Shown piece by piece: positions 26,801 through 35,352 of a DNA stretch of 56,042 nucleotides (positions are counted from its first letter, which is position 1; every line of letters starts with the position of its first letter). This DNA is from Actinomycetota bacterium. Lineage in GTDB: Bacteria > Actinomycetota > Acidimicrobiia > IMCC26256 > VFJJ01. The position numbers and the translations under genes are program-made. The notes beneath the pieces were generated by a model. That model made no database searches. It was not told the DNA's origin and saw nothing but the letters and a program-made list of their open reading frames with translations. Location: positions 1 through 56,042 of the forward strand of contig VFJJ01000063.1 of the NCBI GenBank assembly GCA_009886115.1, read 5' to 3'.

Positions 26801-29800
26801 CGCTGCCGACCCGGTGTCGGGATACCTGTGGGTGGCCGACACCAAGCAGAACCGGCTCCAGGTGCTCCGGCCCGATTGCACCGCGGTCACCCGCATCGGC
26901 GCCTCGGGATCGGGCGCCACCCAGTTCAACTGGCCGCACGCCATCGCCTACCGGGCATCCGACCAGACCATGTGGGTGGCCGACACCCGCAACAACCGCA
27001 TCAAGGTCTACAGCGCGACGACCCAGGCCCTGCTGGCCACGTTCGGCACCCGGGGTGCTGGAGTGGGCCAGTTCGACCAGCCCCGCGGGATCTCGGTCGA
27101 CCCCAACGGCCAGATCTGGGTGGCCGACACCCGCAATGACCGGGTCGTGGCGCTCGATGTCTCAGCCGGGGCCACGACGTTCGCCACCGCGAGGGTGATC
27201 AGCGGTTTGTTCAACGGCCCGGAAGGAGTGGCGGCCGACGACGAGGGCCGCATCTACGTGGCCGACACGCAGAACGACCAGGTCACGATCCTCGATTCCT
27301 CGGGAACCCCGCGTGGTGTGTTGCGAGGCTTCCTCGAACCGGCGTCGGTGACCGTGGGGCCCGACGGTCATCTCTACGTCGCCGACACCTACCAGGACCG
27401 TGTCGTCGAGTACGCCTGGCCGACGCTCCCGCCGCCGCCGCCCGCCTTGGGCTATGAGGCGACGTTGCTCGACGGGGCCGTCCCCGACATGTACCCCGTC
27501 GACATCGCGGCCTCCGCCAGCCGGTACTACGTGCTCGACCCCGGGCGCTACCGAATCGTCGGCATCAACCGCGCGACCGGGGCCATCGACGTGACGACGG
27601 GCGACCCTACCGGTCTACCGACGCTGGGCGCTGCGCGCGCACTCGATCGCGACTCGACGGGCAAGGTGTACGTGGCCGACACCGGCGACAACCAGATCGT
27701 GGTCTACGGCGCCAACCTCAACTTCCTCAGGGAGTGGGGCGCCACGGGCACCGGGCCGGGCGAGTTCCAGCGGGTGTACGGCGTGGCCGTCGGCCCGGGG
27801 AACACCGCTCTCGGGGAGCCCGCCGAGGTCGTCTACGCCGTCGACGACCCGGGCCGGATCCAGGTGTTCACCCTCACCGGCGACTATCTCCGAGAGTTCG
27901 GGGGCGCGCCGGCGCTCGACAGCCCCCGCCAGATGTCGGTGAACCCGGTGACGGGCAACCTCTACGTGATCAGCGCCCGTGACCGCGAGGTCGTTGTCTT
28001 CGATCCCCTGACCGGCGTCGAGCAGTTCCGCTTCGGTGGTGCTGGCAGCGGGCCCGGGCAGTTCAACGACGACCCGCGCGGCATCACGATCTCGGCCGAC
28101 CAGCGGGTGTTCGTGACCGACGCCGGGAACCACCGGGTCCAGGAGTTCACCGCCACCGGGACCTTCGTCGCCGTCATCGGCAGCCAGGGGGCCGGTGCCG
28201 GACAGTTCACCGGCCCCCGCGGCCTGGCCGTGACCGCTGACGGCCTGCTGGCCGTGGCCGACGAGTGGGATTTCGCCGTCGAGGAGTTCACGATCGACGG
28301 GACACACGTCCGGCGGCTCTTCGGGACGCCGCCACCGGTTGACGGGGTGCACATCCCCCGGGGCGTCGCCGTCGACGGCTCCGGACGGGTTCTCAGCGTC
28401 GACTGGTGGAACCAGCGGGTCGTCGAGATCGATCCCGACGGCACCGACGTGTCGGCCTACGGATACCGGGGTGATCGCAGCGACCCCGGGTCGTTGAACT
28501 TCGCCTACGACGTGGCCGTGCAGCCCTCGACCCAGCGACGCTTCGTGGCCAACCGCGAAGGCCACGAGATCGTGGTCTTCGCGCCCGACGGATCGTTCGT
28601 GACCCGCTTCGGCGTGCGGGGAGCAGCCGACGGGCAGTTCACCTTCCCGACCGGCGTCGCCTTCGATCCTGACGGCACCCTGCTGGTCGCCGACTCGACC
28701 AACGACCGCATCCAACGCTTCTCGATCGCTCCCGGTGGGGTCGGGACGTGGATCCAGAACATCGGACAGTCGGGCAACCGGGCTGCCGGAGCAGGATTCC
28801 TGAACAATCCGACCGACGTCGCCGTTGCCGCCGACGGGACCCTGTGGGTGACCGACACGTTCAACAACAGCATCCAGCGGCGCCTCCCCGACGGCACGTG
28901 GACCCGCTACATCACGTACGGGGGCACCGAGTTGTTCGACCCCCGGGGCATCGATGTCGCCGACGACGGCTCGGTGTGGATCGCCGACGCCGGCAACAAC
29001 CGGATCGTGGCCATCGAGGCCGACGGGGTCGAGCGCCTGGTGCGCTCGGGAACCGACCTCGGTATCGGGGCGTTCGCCTACCCGTTCGGGATCGCCGCCG
29101 GCCCGGCCGGCGCGGTGTATGTGTCCGACATGTGGCACGACCGCGTGGTGGCGCTGCGTCACTTCCACGATGCGGTCGCCCCCGAGACGACCCTGGGTTT
29201 CCCGGCGCAGGCGAGCCTCGTGGTGGCCAGCGACGTCGACGTTCGTGGATCGGCATCGGATGACGGTCGGGTCGACGAGGTGCGGCTCACCGTTCGCGAC
29301 CTCGCCACAGGCGATTTCTGGCAGGGCGGCGTCGCGTGGGGTGAGACGGTCGAGCACTTCGCCGAGCTGAGCGCTCCCGGAGCGGTCCAGACCCCGTGGA
29401 CGTTCCGATGGCTCCCGTCCTTCGGTGGCAACTTCGAGATCGTCGCCACGGCCTACGACGCCTACGGCCGACCCGACCCGACGCCGGTGGTGAGGCAGTT
29501 CAGCTACGAGCTGCCGGCTCCGGGCCAGGCATACCTGACGCTGATGTTCGGGCGCACCCAGTGGCAGCAGCTCGAGCAGTGCAACCCGATCCCCGGGACC
29601 GTGCCCCTCGACCGTGTCGCCGACGATCTCACCGCCCGGGGGTTGACCGCCGTCGGACCCGTGGTGATCGACCGGACGAACGAGACGACCCGGGTGTGCG
29701 ACAACCAGATCTTCGAGCACGCGTCGTGGGCCGATCTCGCGATGTTGCGTGACGTGCACGGCTGGAGCTTCATCAGCAACGGCACGACCCACGACGACAT

Positions 29801-30377
29801 CACGCTGATGACCCCGGCACAGCAGCTCCAGGAGAGCTGCGGATCGTTGCCGCCCCTCGAGGCGCACGGTCACGACCGGGCCTGGGGGCTGTTCGCGTAC
29901 GGCAACAACCGCTACACCCAGGCGCTGCAGACGAACCTGGTGTCGACGTGCTTCTCGTACGGACGGCGCTACTTCAACACGATCAACGATCGCTCGACGA
30001 TGTCAGCACCCTGGTTCACCAACACCCGCTCGTACAACGGTGGCAAGTGCAACAACGCGGCACTGGCCTGTTTCACGATGACCGTGCCCACGAACCGGTT
30101 CTACGAGAGCCCGACGGTGTTGGCGTCGCTGATGGCTCCCGGACCCGAGCAGTGGAGCATCGTCCAGCTCTACCGCTTCGTCGAGGGTTCGAAGCTGACC
30201 GGCGTCGACCGGTGGGACTGCACCAGCTCCGACTGGCGCAACCACTACACCTCACGGCCCGAGCTCTACTGCTACAACGACTATCTCTCGGCGATCGACA
30301 CGATCCCGACGAACGTCTCGGTCACCGATCCGGCGACCGTCGCCGAGAACTGGGGCCGGGGCAACCCCAATCAATGA
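23853..30377 (+). CDS. Giant secreted NHL-repeat protein (about six propellers) + Ig-like + CE4-like C-terminal domain, 2174 aa
   Basis: AGGAG RBS; signal peptide; about 36 F..PxGVAVD...IYVADT.N.RIQVF repeats; C-terminal SWADL..L....GWSFISNG.TH..FAYG. Confidence 0.9.
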   Translation: MPLSRLRRFVARRSWRDWALVVAPFLVGSMLIASTGGSRATAAPVFDPHPVRVLGGPGHAGLYGWGVARMLDGTMLVGDYLNKRVVRYDSDGTPLGTFINNVGYADSQHQSPYGMGVDPVTGDIYLADTDNRQVDKYSADGTYLLSIGTVGTGPGKFQYPSRVAVSPDRRVYIVDSWDHLVSVHQPDGTELFAFGGLGSGNGKFRQIHGAAFDAAGRIFVADEGNRRIQVFDGSGVFLFKFGSEGSGPGQFLFDLRGVAIDQAQGWVYVVDAGGNQVEKFDTSGNFIESIGSEGIGDGQFTDGGREIAVGPDGRIWVGDMPNFRVQVFEPDGTFAFLRPDPPAPPPLGRFNAPRGVAVDSNGAIFVTDTANQRIQKLDANGEYLAGWGSRGRGNDRFNYARLIATDPVSGDVVVVDTDNHVIKKFTGDGTFVWAAAGVRGSGVNQMRNPHGVDIAPNGTIYVTDANNDRIVVLGSDGSWIGSFGTSGTGDGQFLFPRGVAVDPLDGTLWVSDSNRNDVQHLTANGVFISRFGSAALGPNRLLRPFDVEVGPEWIFVASSGTHEVKAFDRTGTYVGTIGGFGTGLGRLSIPQGMELTPDGHLYVAEQGNDRVTEFAFQALGTSGTVPSEVASFGGPGHAAMYPSGLETTPGGGIVVADTGNSRLRRYDASGALLWSVGGQDDGPGELDNPRDAGVDPVSGQIYVADTGNNRVAVFSAAGAYLFSLSPPDGAAFSSVIGVTVRNNRVLVADAGRQQVRIFNLAGNHIRSFGSSGACVVGQLRDIDADASNNVYIANYTLNTIVKMSGTGTCLLSWGTKGTGPGQFANPYGVAVETPPGGAARVHVADSNNNRVQVFTTAGVFVEEIPMSLAGAPASASPALRRVAVDSAGAVWMADLWGNRAIRFTGGAGAWTAAQTIGGTAAPLAPTQVFNEVRSPTFTAAGDLVAVDTVNHRIVTFAPDGSIASTCGNRGFEEIGGFNWPRGVAADPVSGYLWVADTKQNRLQVLRPDCTAVTRIGASGSGATQFNWPHAIAYRASDQTMWVADTRNNRIKVYSATTQALLATFGTRGAGVGQFDQPRGISVDPNGQIWVADTRNDRVVALDVSAGATTFATARVISGLFNGPEGVAADDEGRIYVADTQNDQVTILDSSGTPRGVLRGFLEPASVTVGPDGHLYVADTYQDRVVEYAWPTLPPPPPALGYEATLLDGAVPDMYPVDIAASASRYYVLDPGRYRIVGINRATGAIDVTTGDPTGLPTLGAARALDRDSTGKVYVADTGDNQIVVYGANLNFLREWGATGTGPGEFQRVYGVAVGPGNTALGEPAEVVYAVDDPGRIQVFTLTGDYLREFGGAPALDSPRQMSVNPVTGNLYVISARDREVVVFDPLTGVEQFRFGGAGSGPGQFNDDPRGITISADQRVFVTDAGNHRVQEFTATGTFVAVIGSQGAGAGQFTGPRGLAVTADGLLAVADEWDFAVEEFTIDGTHVRRLFGTPPPVDGVHIPRGVAVDGSGRVLSVDWWNQRVVEIDPDGTDVSAYGYRGDRSDPGSLNFAYDVAVQPSTQRRFVANREGHEIVVFAPDGSFVTRFGVRGAADGQFTFPTGVAFDPDGTLLVADSTNDRIQRFSIAPGGVGTWIQNIGQSGNRAAGAGFLNNPTDVAVAADGTLWVTDTFNNSIQRRLPDGTWTRYITYGGTELFDPRGIDVADDGSVWIADAGNNRIVAIEADGVERLVRSGTDLGIGAFAYPFGIAAGPAGAVYVSDMWHDRVVALRHFHDAVAPETTLGFPAQASLVVASDVDVRGSASDDGRVDEVRLTVRDLATGDFWQGGVAWGETVEHFAELSAPGAVQTPWTFRWLPSFGGNFEIVATAYDAYGRPDPTPVVRQFSYELPAPGQAYLTLMFGRTQWQQLEQCNPIPGTVPLDRVADDLTARGLTAVGPVVIDRTNETTRVCDNQIFEHASWADLAMLRDVHGWSFISNGTTHDDITLMTPAQQLQESCGSLPPLEAHGHDRAWGLFAYGNNRYTQALQTNLVSTCFSYGRRYFNTINDRSTMSAPWFTNTRSYNGGKCNNAALACFTMTVPTNRFYESPTVLASLMAPGPEQWSIVQLYRFVEGSKLTGVDRWDCTSSDWRNHYTSRPELYCYNDYLSAIDTIPTNVSVTDPATVAENWGRGNPNQ

Positions 30378-31990
30378 GCCTTCGTCCGACGACGGCCGTC
30401 CGTTCGTGCGTGGTGACACTGGCGGCCTGTGTCGGGCTGGGCTCGGCCGCGTGCACATCGGGCTCGGAAGGCAGGTCCGGGGCGGATGTGACGTCGGCAT
30501 CGGACGTGCCATCCGATGCACCGGCGACGTCCGGGGCTGGGGCCCCCACCGGGCCGATCCAACCTGGAGCAGCCGCGCCTTCGGCTGCTCCAGGGACCGG
30601 CGCAGAGACCTCGGGAGCGGGCATCGACGGGGTGCTGGCCCCGGTGGGGACCCCGAACCCCTTGGGTGCGCGATGGAACTGGTTCCGCTACGAGACCGAC
30701 GGGTTCGGGCAGGCGGTTCGGGACCTCGCCGGTGGCAGCACCTGGATCGAGCTCGTCTGGTGTGACGTCGCCGGGCAGCCCGCTGCGTTGAACTGGACCA
30801 TCCCCGACCGGGCGTTCAGCGAGGCGATCGAGCTGGGTTACACGCTGGCATTCAAGCTGCGCACCGGTTCGTGCGCGCTCACCGTCGACCCTGCCTCCGA
30901 CGTCGATCCGCGGCGGGCTTCGTCGTCGCCGCCGGTCGATACGGACAGCTACCTCGCCTTCGTGCGCGAGGCAGTGACGCGATATTCCAGCCAGCGTGTG
31001 CACCTGTGGGCGATCGAGAACGAGATCGACGCCGCGAACGCCTGGATGGGAACGGATGGCGAGTACGCGGCCCTGGCCCGGGCCGTCGTACCGGTGGTTC
31101 GCGAGGCGGATCCGCAGGCCGTCGTCGCCGATGCAGGAGTGTCGAGTGTCGTGTACGGGATCGCTGTCGCCGCCTCCCGTATCGACGACGGAGACCCCGC
31201 CGGAGCGCTGGGGTGGTTCCAGGAGTTCAGCAGGAGACGGGCCGAGGGCGGCGGGTACCGCTTCGGGGTGGCGTCGACCTCCGACGAGCTGAGCGCGCTG
31301 TTGGCCGCGCCCGATGCCGTCCGGGCGCTCGACGCGCTCGACGCAATCCTCGCCCTGCACGCCGAGAACCTGTTCGACGTCTACCAACTCCACTGGTACG
31401 ACCCCTGGACCCTGTTGGCCGACGCGCTCGGCTTCGTGCGAGAGCAGTTGCCGACGGGCCGGCCGGTCGAGGCCTGGGAGGTCGGTGTGGCCTGGCCGGG
31501 CCCTGGTTACGACCCCGACGAGCATGCGCTCGACACGGTGCGGCTGGTGGCCGTGCTCCTGGCGAACGGCGTTCAGCGGGTCATCTATCTGCCCGTTTTT
31601 CAGACGGAGGGCAGCCGCCTCCAGCCCGTCGAGATCTGGCGGGGCCTCTACGAGCCCGACGCCCGTCCCCGGCCTGCGGCGGCGGTCTACGAGACCCTCA
31701 CGCGACTGAGCGCAGGAGACGACGTGTCGTTCGAGCCCATCGCAGCCGACCCGGACCCCGACGCCGCTCGGGAGGACGGGCTGTCGGGCCTGGTGATCGG
31801 CCGCCCCGACACCACGGCGTTCGTGGTGTGGAGTGACACCGACCTCGACCTCGATCTCCCTGAGGGTTGGCTGCACGCCGACCCGAGCGGCGGGCCCGCA
31901 CCGTCGACGATCACGAGCACACCGTCGATCATCTGGGCCGACCAGCCGGCACCGCCCGCCATCGTGGCCTTGCACGAGAGCGTCCGATGA
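30374..31990 (+). CDS. Lipoprotein with clan GH-A-like glycoside hydrolase domain
   Basis: ATGA-coupled start; lipobox-like LGSAAC; WAIENE (acid/base), QLHWY, EAWEVG (nucleophile). Confidence 0.65.
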   Translation: MSLRPTTAVRSCVVTLAACVGLGSAACTSGSEGRSGADVTSASDVPSDAPATSGAGAPTGPIQPGAAAPSAAPGTGAETSGAGIDGVLAPVGTPNPLGARWNWFRYETDGFGQAVRDLAGGSTWIELVWCDVAGQPAALNWTIPDRAFSEAIELGYTLAFKLRTGSCALTVDPASDVDPRRASSSPPVDTDSYLAFVREAVTRYSSQRVHLWAIENEIDAANAWMGTDGEYAALARAVVPVVREADPQAVVADAGVSSVVYGIAVAASRIDDGDPAGALGWFQEFSRRRAEGGGYRFGVASTSDELSALLAAPDAVRALDALDAILALHAENLFDVYQLHWYDPWTLLADALGFVREQLPTGRPVEAWEVGVAWPGPGYDPDEHALDTVRLVAVLLANGVQRVIYLPVFQTEGSRLQPVEIWRGLYEPDARPRPAAAVYETLTRLSAGDDVSFEPIAADPDPDAAREDGLSGLVIGRPDTTAFVVWSDTDLDLDLPEGWLHADPSGGPAPSTITSTPSIIWADQPAPPAIVALHESVR

Positions 31991-34900
31991 ACCGGCTGGG
32001 CCGGGCCGGGGCGGCCACGATCGTGCTGGTGTGCTGCTCGCTGGTCGCGGCCGTGCTCGGGGTTGCGCCCCGGTTGCGTGGTGGCGCCGGGGTCGGAGTC
32101 ACGCCAGCCCAGGCCGCGCCCGCGCTGGCGGCGGGGAACCGCCTCTCGCCGTGGGCGCCGGGCTGGCAGGACAGCGGAGCCGTGACCTACACCCGAGCCG
32201 AAGCCGTCGAGATCGCCACCCGATACGACTTCATCGTGACGCTGGCGACGTCACTGCGCCTGCACGTCGCGGCCATGAAGGCCGCCAACCCGGACGTGCA
32301 GATCCACGTCTACCTCCAGGGCACGTTCGCCGGCACCCAGTGGCCCGAGGACTGGTATCTCCACGATGCCACCGGAGCCCGGATCAAGGAGTCCAGCGGC
32401 TCGAGCTGGCTGATGGACCCGAGGAGCGCCGGCTGGCGCGACGAGGTTGCGACCCGATGCCGGGACCGACTGGTCACGACCGGCTACGAAGGGTGCTTCC
32501 TCGATTCGCTGGGCGCCGCGCCACTCGTCGGCAACTTCGTCACCGCTGCACCGATCGATCCGCTGACCGGTGCCGTGTGGACCTTTCCCGACTGGCTCAC
32601 CGCCACCTCGAGCCTGGCCCGGCACGTCACCCAGCAGAACGTGCCCGCGCCGATCAGCGGCAATGGCCTCGGGCGGGGAGACATCTGGTTCGACGCCGAG
32701 CGCCGGACCGACGGCCTGGCCCGCGAGCTCACCGGCGGGGCGATGGCCGAGCTGTTCCTGCGCACACCGAGCGACCCGGTCGACGCCTGGCCCGACGAAT
32801 CGACGTGGCGCAACGACGTCGACATGCTGGCCGCAGCCGCAGCCATGGGGATCCCGGTCATGACCACCACCAAGGTGTGGTCCACCCCGGCGCCCACTGC
32901 GGCCGAGGCGACGGCGTGGTATCGACTCGCCGCGGCGACGTTCCTCCTGGGTTCCGACGGCACCGCCCGGTTCGCGTTCTCGACCGAACGCGCCGACGGC
33001 GCCTACGGGACCGACTACTCCCAGCCGTTCCTCGACCTGGGCGTTCCGGTCGGCTCCTACCGGCACTCGGATGGCGCCTACCAGCGCGACTTCGCCGGGG
33101 GGCGGGTCGTGGTCAACCCGTCGACGGCTCCGGCGACCGTGCCGTTGCACACCGCACTGCGCGACGAGGCCGGCGCCCTCGTGACGACCGTCGTCGTCGC
33201 TCCGCGCGGCGCGGCCTTCCTCAGATCCGATCCGAGCGCGCCACCGGTGGTGTCGGTCCGTGACGTCGGCGTGAACGAGGCGGGGGTCGCGCTGGTCGTC
33301 GTGACATCGTCGAAACCGTCGGGGTCGGTCCTCGGCATCGATTGGACGCTGGCATCGGGGACGGCCCGGATGGGGACGGACTTCGTCGCTCCGGGCGCGG
33401 GGAACGGTACCGGGACGCTGGTGATCCCCGCCGGGGCGACCCAGGCCTCGTTGGCGGTGGGGATCGTCGCCGACGCGCTCGACGAGCACTCGCCCGAGAC
33501 CTTCTCGCTCACCATCTCGCCACCGGCAGGCGTGCTGGCCGGCCAGACCGTCGCCGATGTCGCGATCGTCGACGACGACTCGCCACCGGCGCTCTCGGTG
33601 GCCGACCGCAAGCACATCGAGGGCAGCGGCGCCACCGGGCTCGTCGTGTCGCTCGACCGACCCAGCGGACGGACCGTGACCGCGTCGTGGCGCCTCGTCG
33701 CCGGCTCGGCCGCCGCCGGTGTCGACTACCAGGACGCGTCGGGGACGTTGACGATCCCCGAGGCGGCCACGTCGGTCCTCGTTCCGATCGTCGTCGTCGA
33801 CGACGACGATGACGAGCTCGCCGAGACCGTCAGCGTGGTGCTCTCGAGCCCCGACGGGGCGACGGTCGCCGACGGCACCGGTCGATTGACGATCGTCGAC
33901 GCCGACCCGACGCCGACGGTCACGATCGGTGACGGCGAGGTGTTGGAAGGAACCTCGGGCGCTGCGATGGGCTTCACCGTCCGCATCAACGCCGTCCAGG
34001 CCGCACCGGTCACCGTCGGTTGGACGACCGAGCCCCAGAGCGCTTCGCCCGGGACCGACTACCTGCCCTCCCAGGCCACCGTGACGATCCCGGCGGGCAG
34101 CCTGTCGGCCCAGGTCTCGGTCGGGCTGGTCGACGACTCCGCTGACGAAGGCGACGAGACCTTCACCGTCCGGCTCACGACCGTCCCGGCCGGTGTCGCC
34201 ATCGGAGACGCGACGGCCCGTGGTCGCATCGTCGACAACGACAACACCCCCAAGCTCAGGGTCATGGACGCCGAGATCGGCGAGAACGGCGCTTCGATCG
34301 CCTTCCCGGTGCTCGTGAGCCCGGTCGCCTCCCAGCCGATCGGGTTCTCGTTCGAGACCCGGGGCGCCTCGGCCGCGGCCGGGGTCGACTTCGTCACGAG
34401 CACGGGGAACGTGACGATCCCCGCCGGTGTCGAACGGTACGTGGTGAGCGTGCCGATGCTCGACGACGCCCTCGACGAGGCGAACGAACGCCTGTCGCTC
34501 GTCGTCTCCGCGGTGACCGGCGGCGTCCTCGTGACCGACGCCGCGGCCGCCGGTCGGATCGTCGACGACGAGAACGTCGTGGTGTCCGCTCCAGCGTCGT
34601 TGGCGATCGCCGATGCCGAGCGGTTCGAGGGGAACTCGACGGGCACCATGCCGATGTCCGTCTCGATCTCGAAGCGGCTCACCAACGACGTGATGGTCGA
34701 CTGGGTGGCCACTGCGGAGTCCGCCACGGCCGGCGTCGACTACACGGCCACCACGGGCACGATCACCATCCCGGCCGGCACGAGCACCGTGGGCTTCGCC
34801 GTCCCGATCGTCGACGACGGCCTGGACGAGCCGACCGAGACGTTCAGCGTCAGCATCGCCACCACATCGCAGAACGTCGTCGTGGGTGACGCCGTGGCCG

Positions 34901-35259
34901 CGGGTCGTATCGTCGACGACGACCGCACCCCCACGCTCGCCGTGACCGGCGCCGAGGCTGCGGAAGCGTCGGGCAGGGTGGCCGTCAGGGTCCGGCTCGA
35001 TCGGGTCTCGGTGGCCGATGTGTCGTTCGACGTGTCGACCACCTCGGGCTCCGCGGTCGCCGGAGGCGACTTCGTGGGGTCGGTGCGCCGGGTCACCATC
35101 CCGGCCGGATCGACGATCGCGACGGTGAACATCACGCTCGTCGACGACGGGCTCGACGAGCCGACCGAGACGTTCACGGTGGTCATCAGTGTCCCGTCGG
35201 GCGCCGTGATCGCCGACAGCTCCGCCTTCGCCGTGGTCCTCGACGACGACCCGGGTTGA
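31987..35259 (+). CDS. Secreted putative glycoside hydrolase (GHL15/PelA-like barrel) + six Calx-beta domains
   Basis: ATGA-coupled start; MKAANPDV..YL, PEDWYLHD..GARI, WLMDP....WR, GYEGCFLD, YQRDF.GG.VVVNP; six SA.AG.DF....GT.TIPAG...DD..DE..ETF repeats. Confidence 0.75.
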   Translation: MNRLGRAGAATIVLVCCSLVAAVLGVAPRLRGGAGVGVTPAQAAPALAAGNRLSPWAPGWQDSGAVTYTRAEAVEIATRYDFIVTLATSLRLHVAAMKAANPDVQIHVYLQGTFAGTQWPEDWYLHDATGARIKESSGSSWLMDPRSAGWRDEVATRCRDRLVTTGYEGCFLDSLGAAPLVGNFVTAAPIDPLTGAVWTFPDWLTATSSLARHVTQQNVPAPISGNGLGRGDIWFDAERRTDGLARELTGGAMAELFLRTPSDPVDAWPDESTWRNDVDMLAAAAAMGIPVMTTTKVWSTPAPTAAEATAWYRLAAATFLLGSDGTARFAFSTERADGAYGTDYSQPFLDLGVPVGSYRHSDGAYQRDFAGGRVVVNPSTAPATVPLHTALRDEAGALVTTVVVAPRGAAFLRSDPSAPPVVSVRDVGVNEAGVALVVVTSSKPSGSVLGIDWTLASGTARMGTDFVAPGAGNGTGTLVIPAGATQASLAVGIVADALDEHSPETFSLTISPPAGVLAGQTVADVAIVDDDSPPALSVADRKHIEGSGATGLVVSLDRPSGRTVTASWRLVAGSAAAGVDYQDASGTLTIPEAATSVLVPIVVVDDDDDELAETVSVVLSSPDGATVADGTGRLTIVDADPTPTVTIGDGEVLEGTSGAAMGFTVRINAVQAAPVTVGWTTEPQSASPGTDYLPSQATVTIPAGSLSAQVSVGLVDDSADEGDETFTVRLTTVPAGVAIGDATARGRIVDNDNTPKLRVMDAEIGENGASIAFPVLVSPVASQPIGFSFETRGASAAAGVDFVTSTGNVTIPAGVERYVVSVPMLDDALDEANERLSLVVSAVTGGVLVTDAAAAGRIVDDENVVVSAPASLAIADAERFEGNSTGTMPMSVSISKRLTNDVMVDWVATAESATAGVDYTATTGTITIPAGTSTVGFAVPIVDDGLDEPTETFSVSIATTSQNVVVGDAVAAGRIVDDDRTPTLAVTGAEAAEASGRVAVRVRLDRVSVADVSFDVSTTSGSAVAGGDFVGSVRRVTIPAGSTIATVNITLVDDGLDEPTETFTVVISVPSGAVIADSSAFAVVLDDDPG

Positions 35260-35281
35260 GCCGGGGCCCGGCAACCCCATT

Positions 35282-35314
35282 GTTCACCCGGATATCGATC
35301 GTGTTGGGGTGAAC
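35282..35314. promoter_or_regulatory. Inverted GTTCACCC pair upstream of the PQQ dehydrogenase gene
   Basis: GTTCACCC-N17-GGGTGAAC. Confidence 0.35.
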
Positions 35315-35352
35315 GCAACCTTTTCGGCATGTCGGGCCGTCAGGATGGTCCG

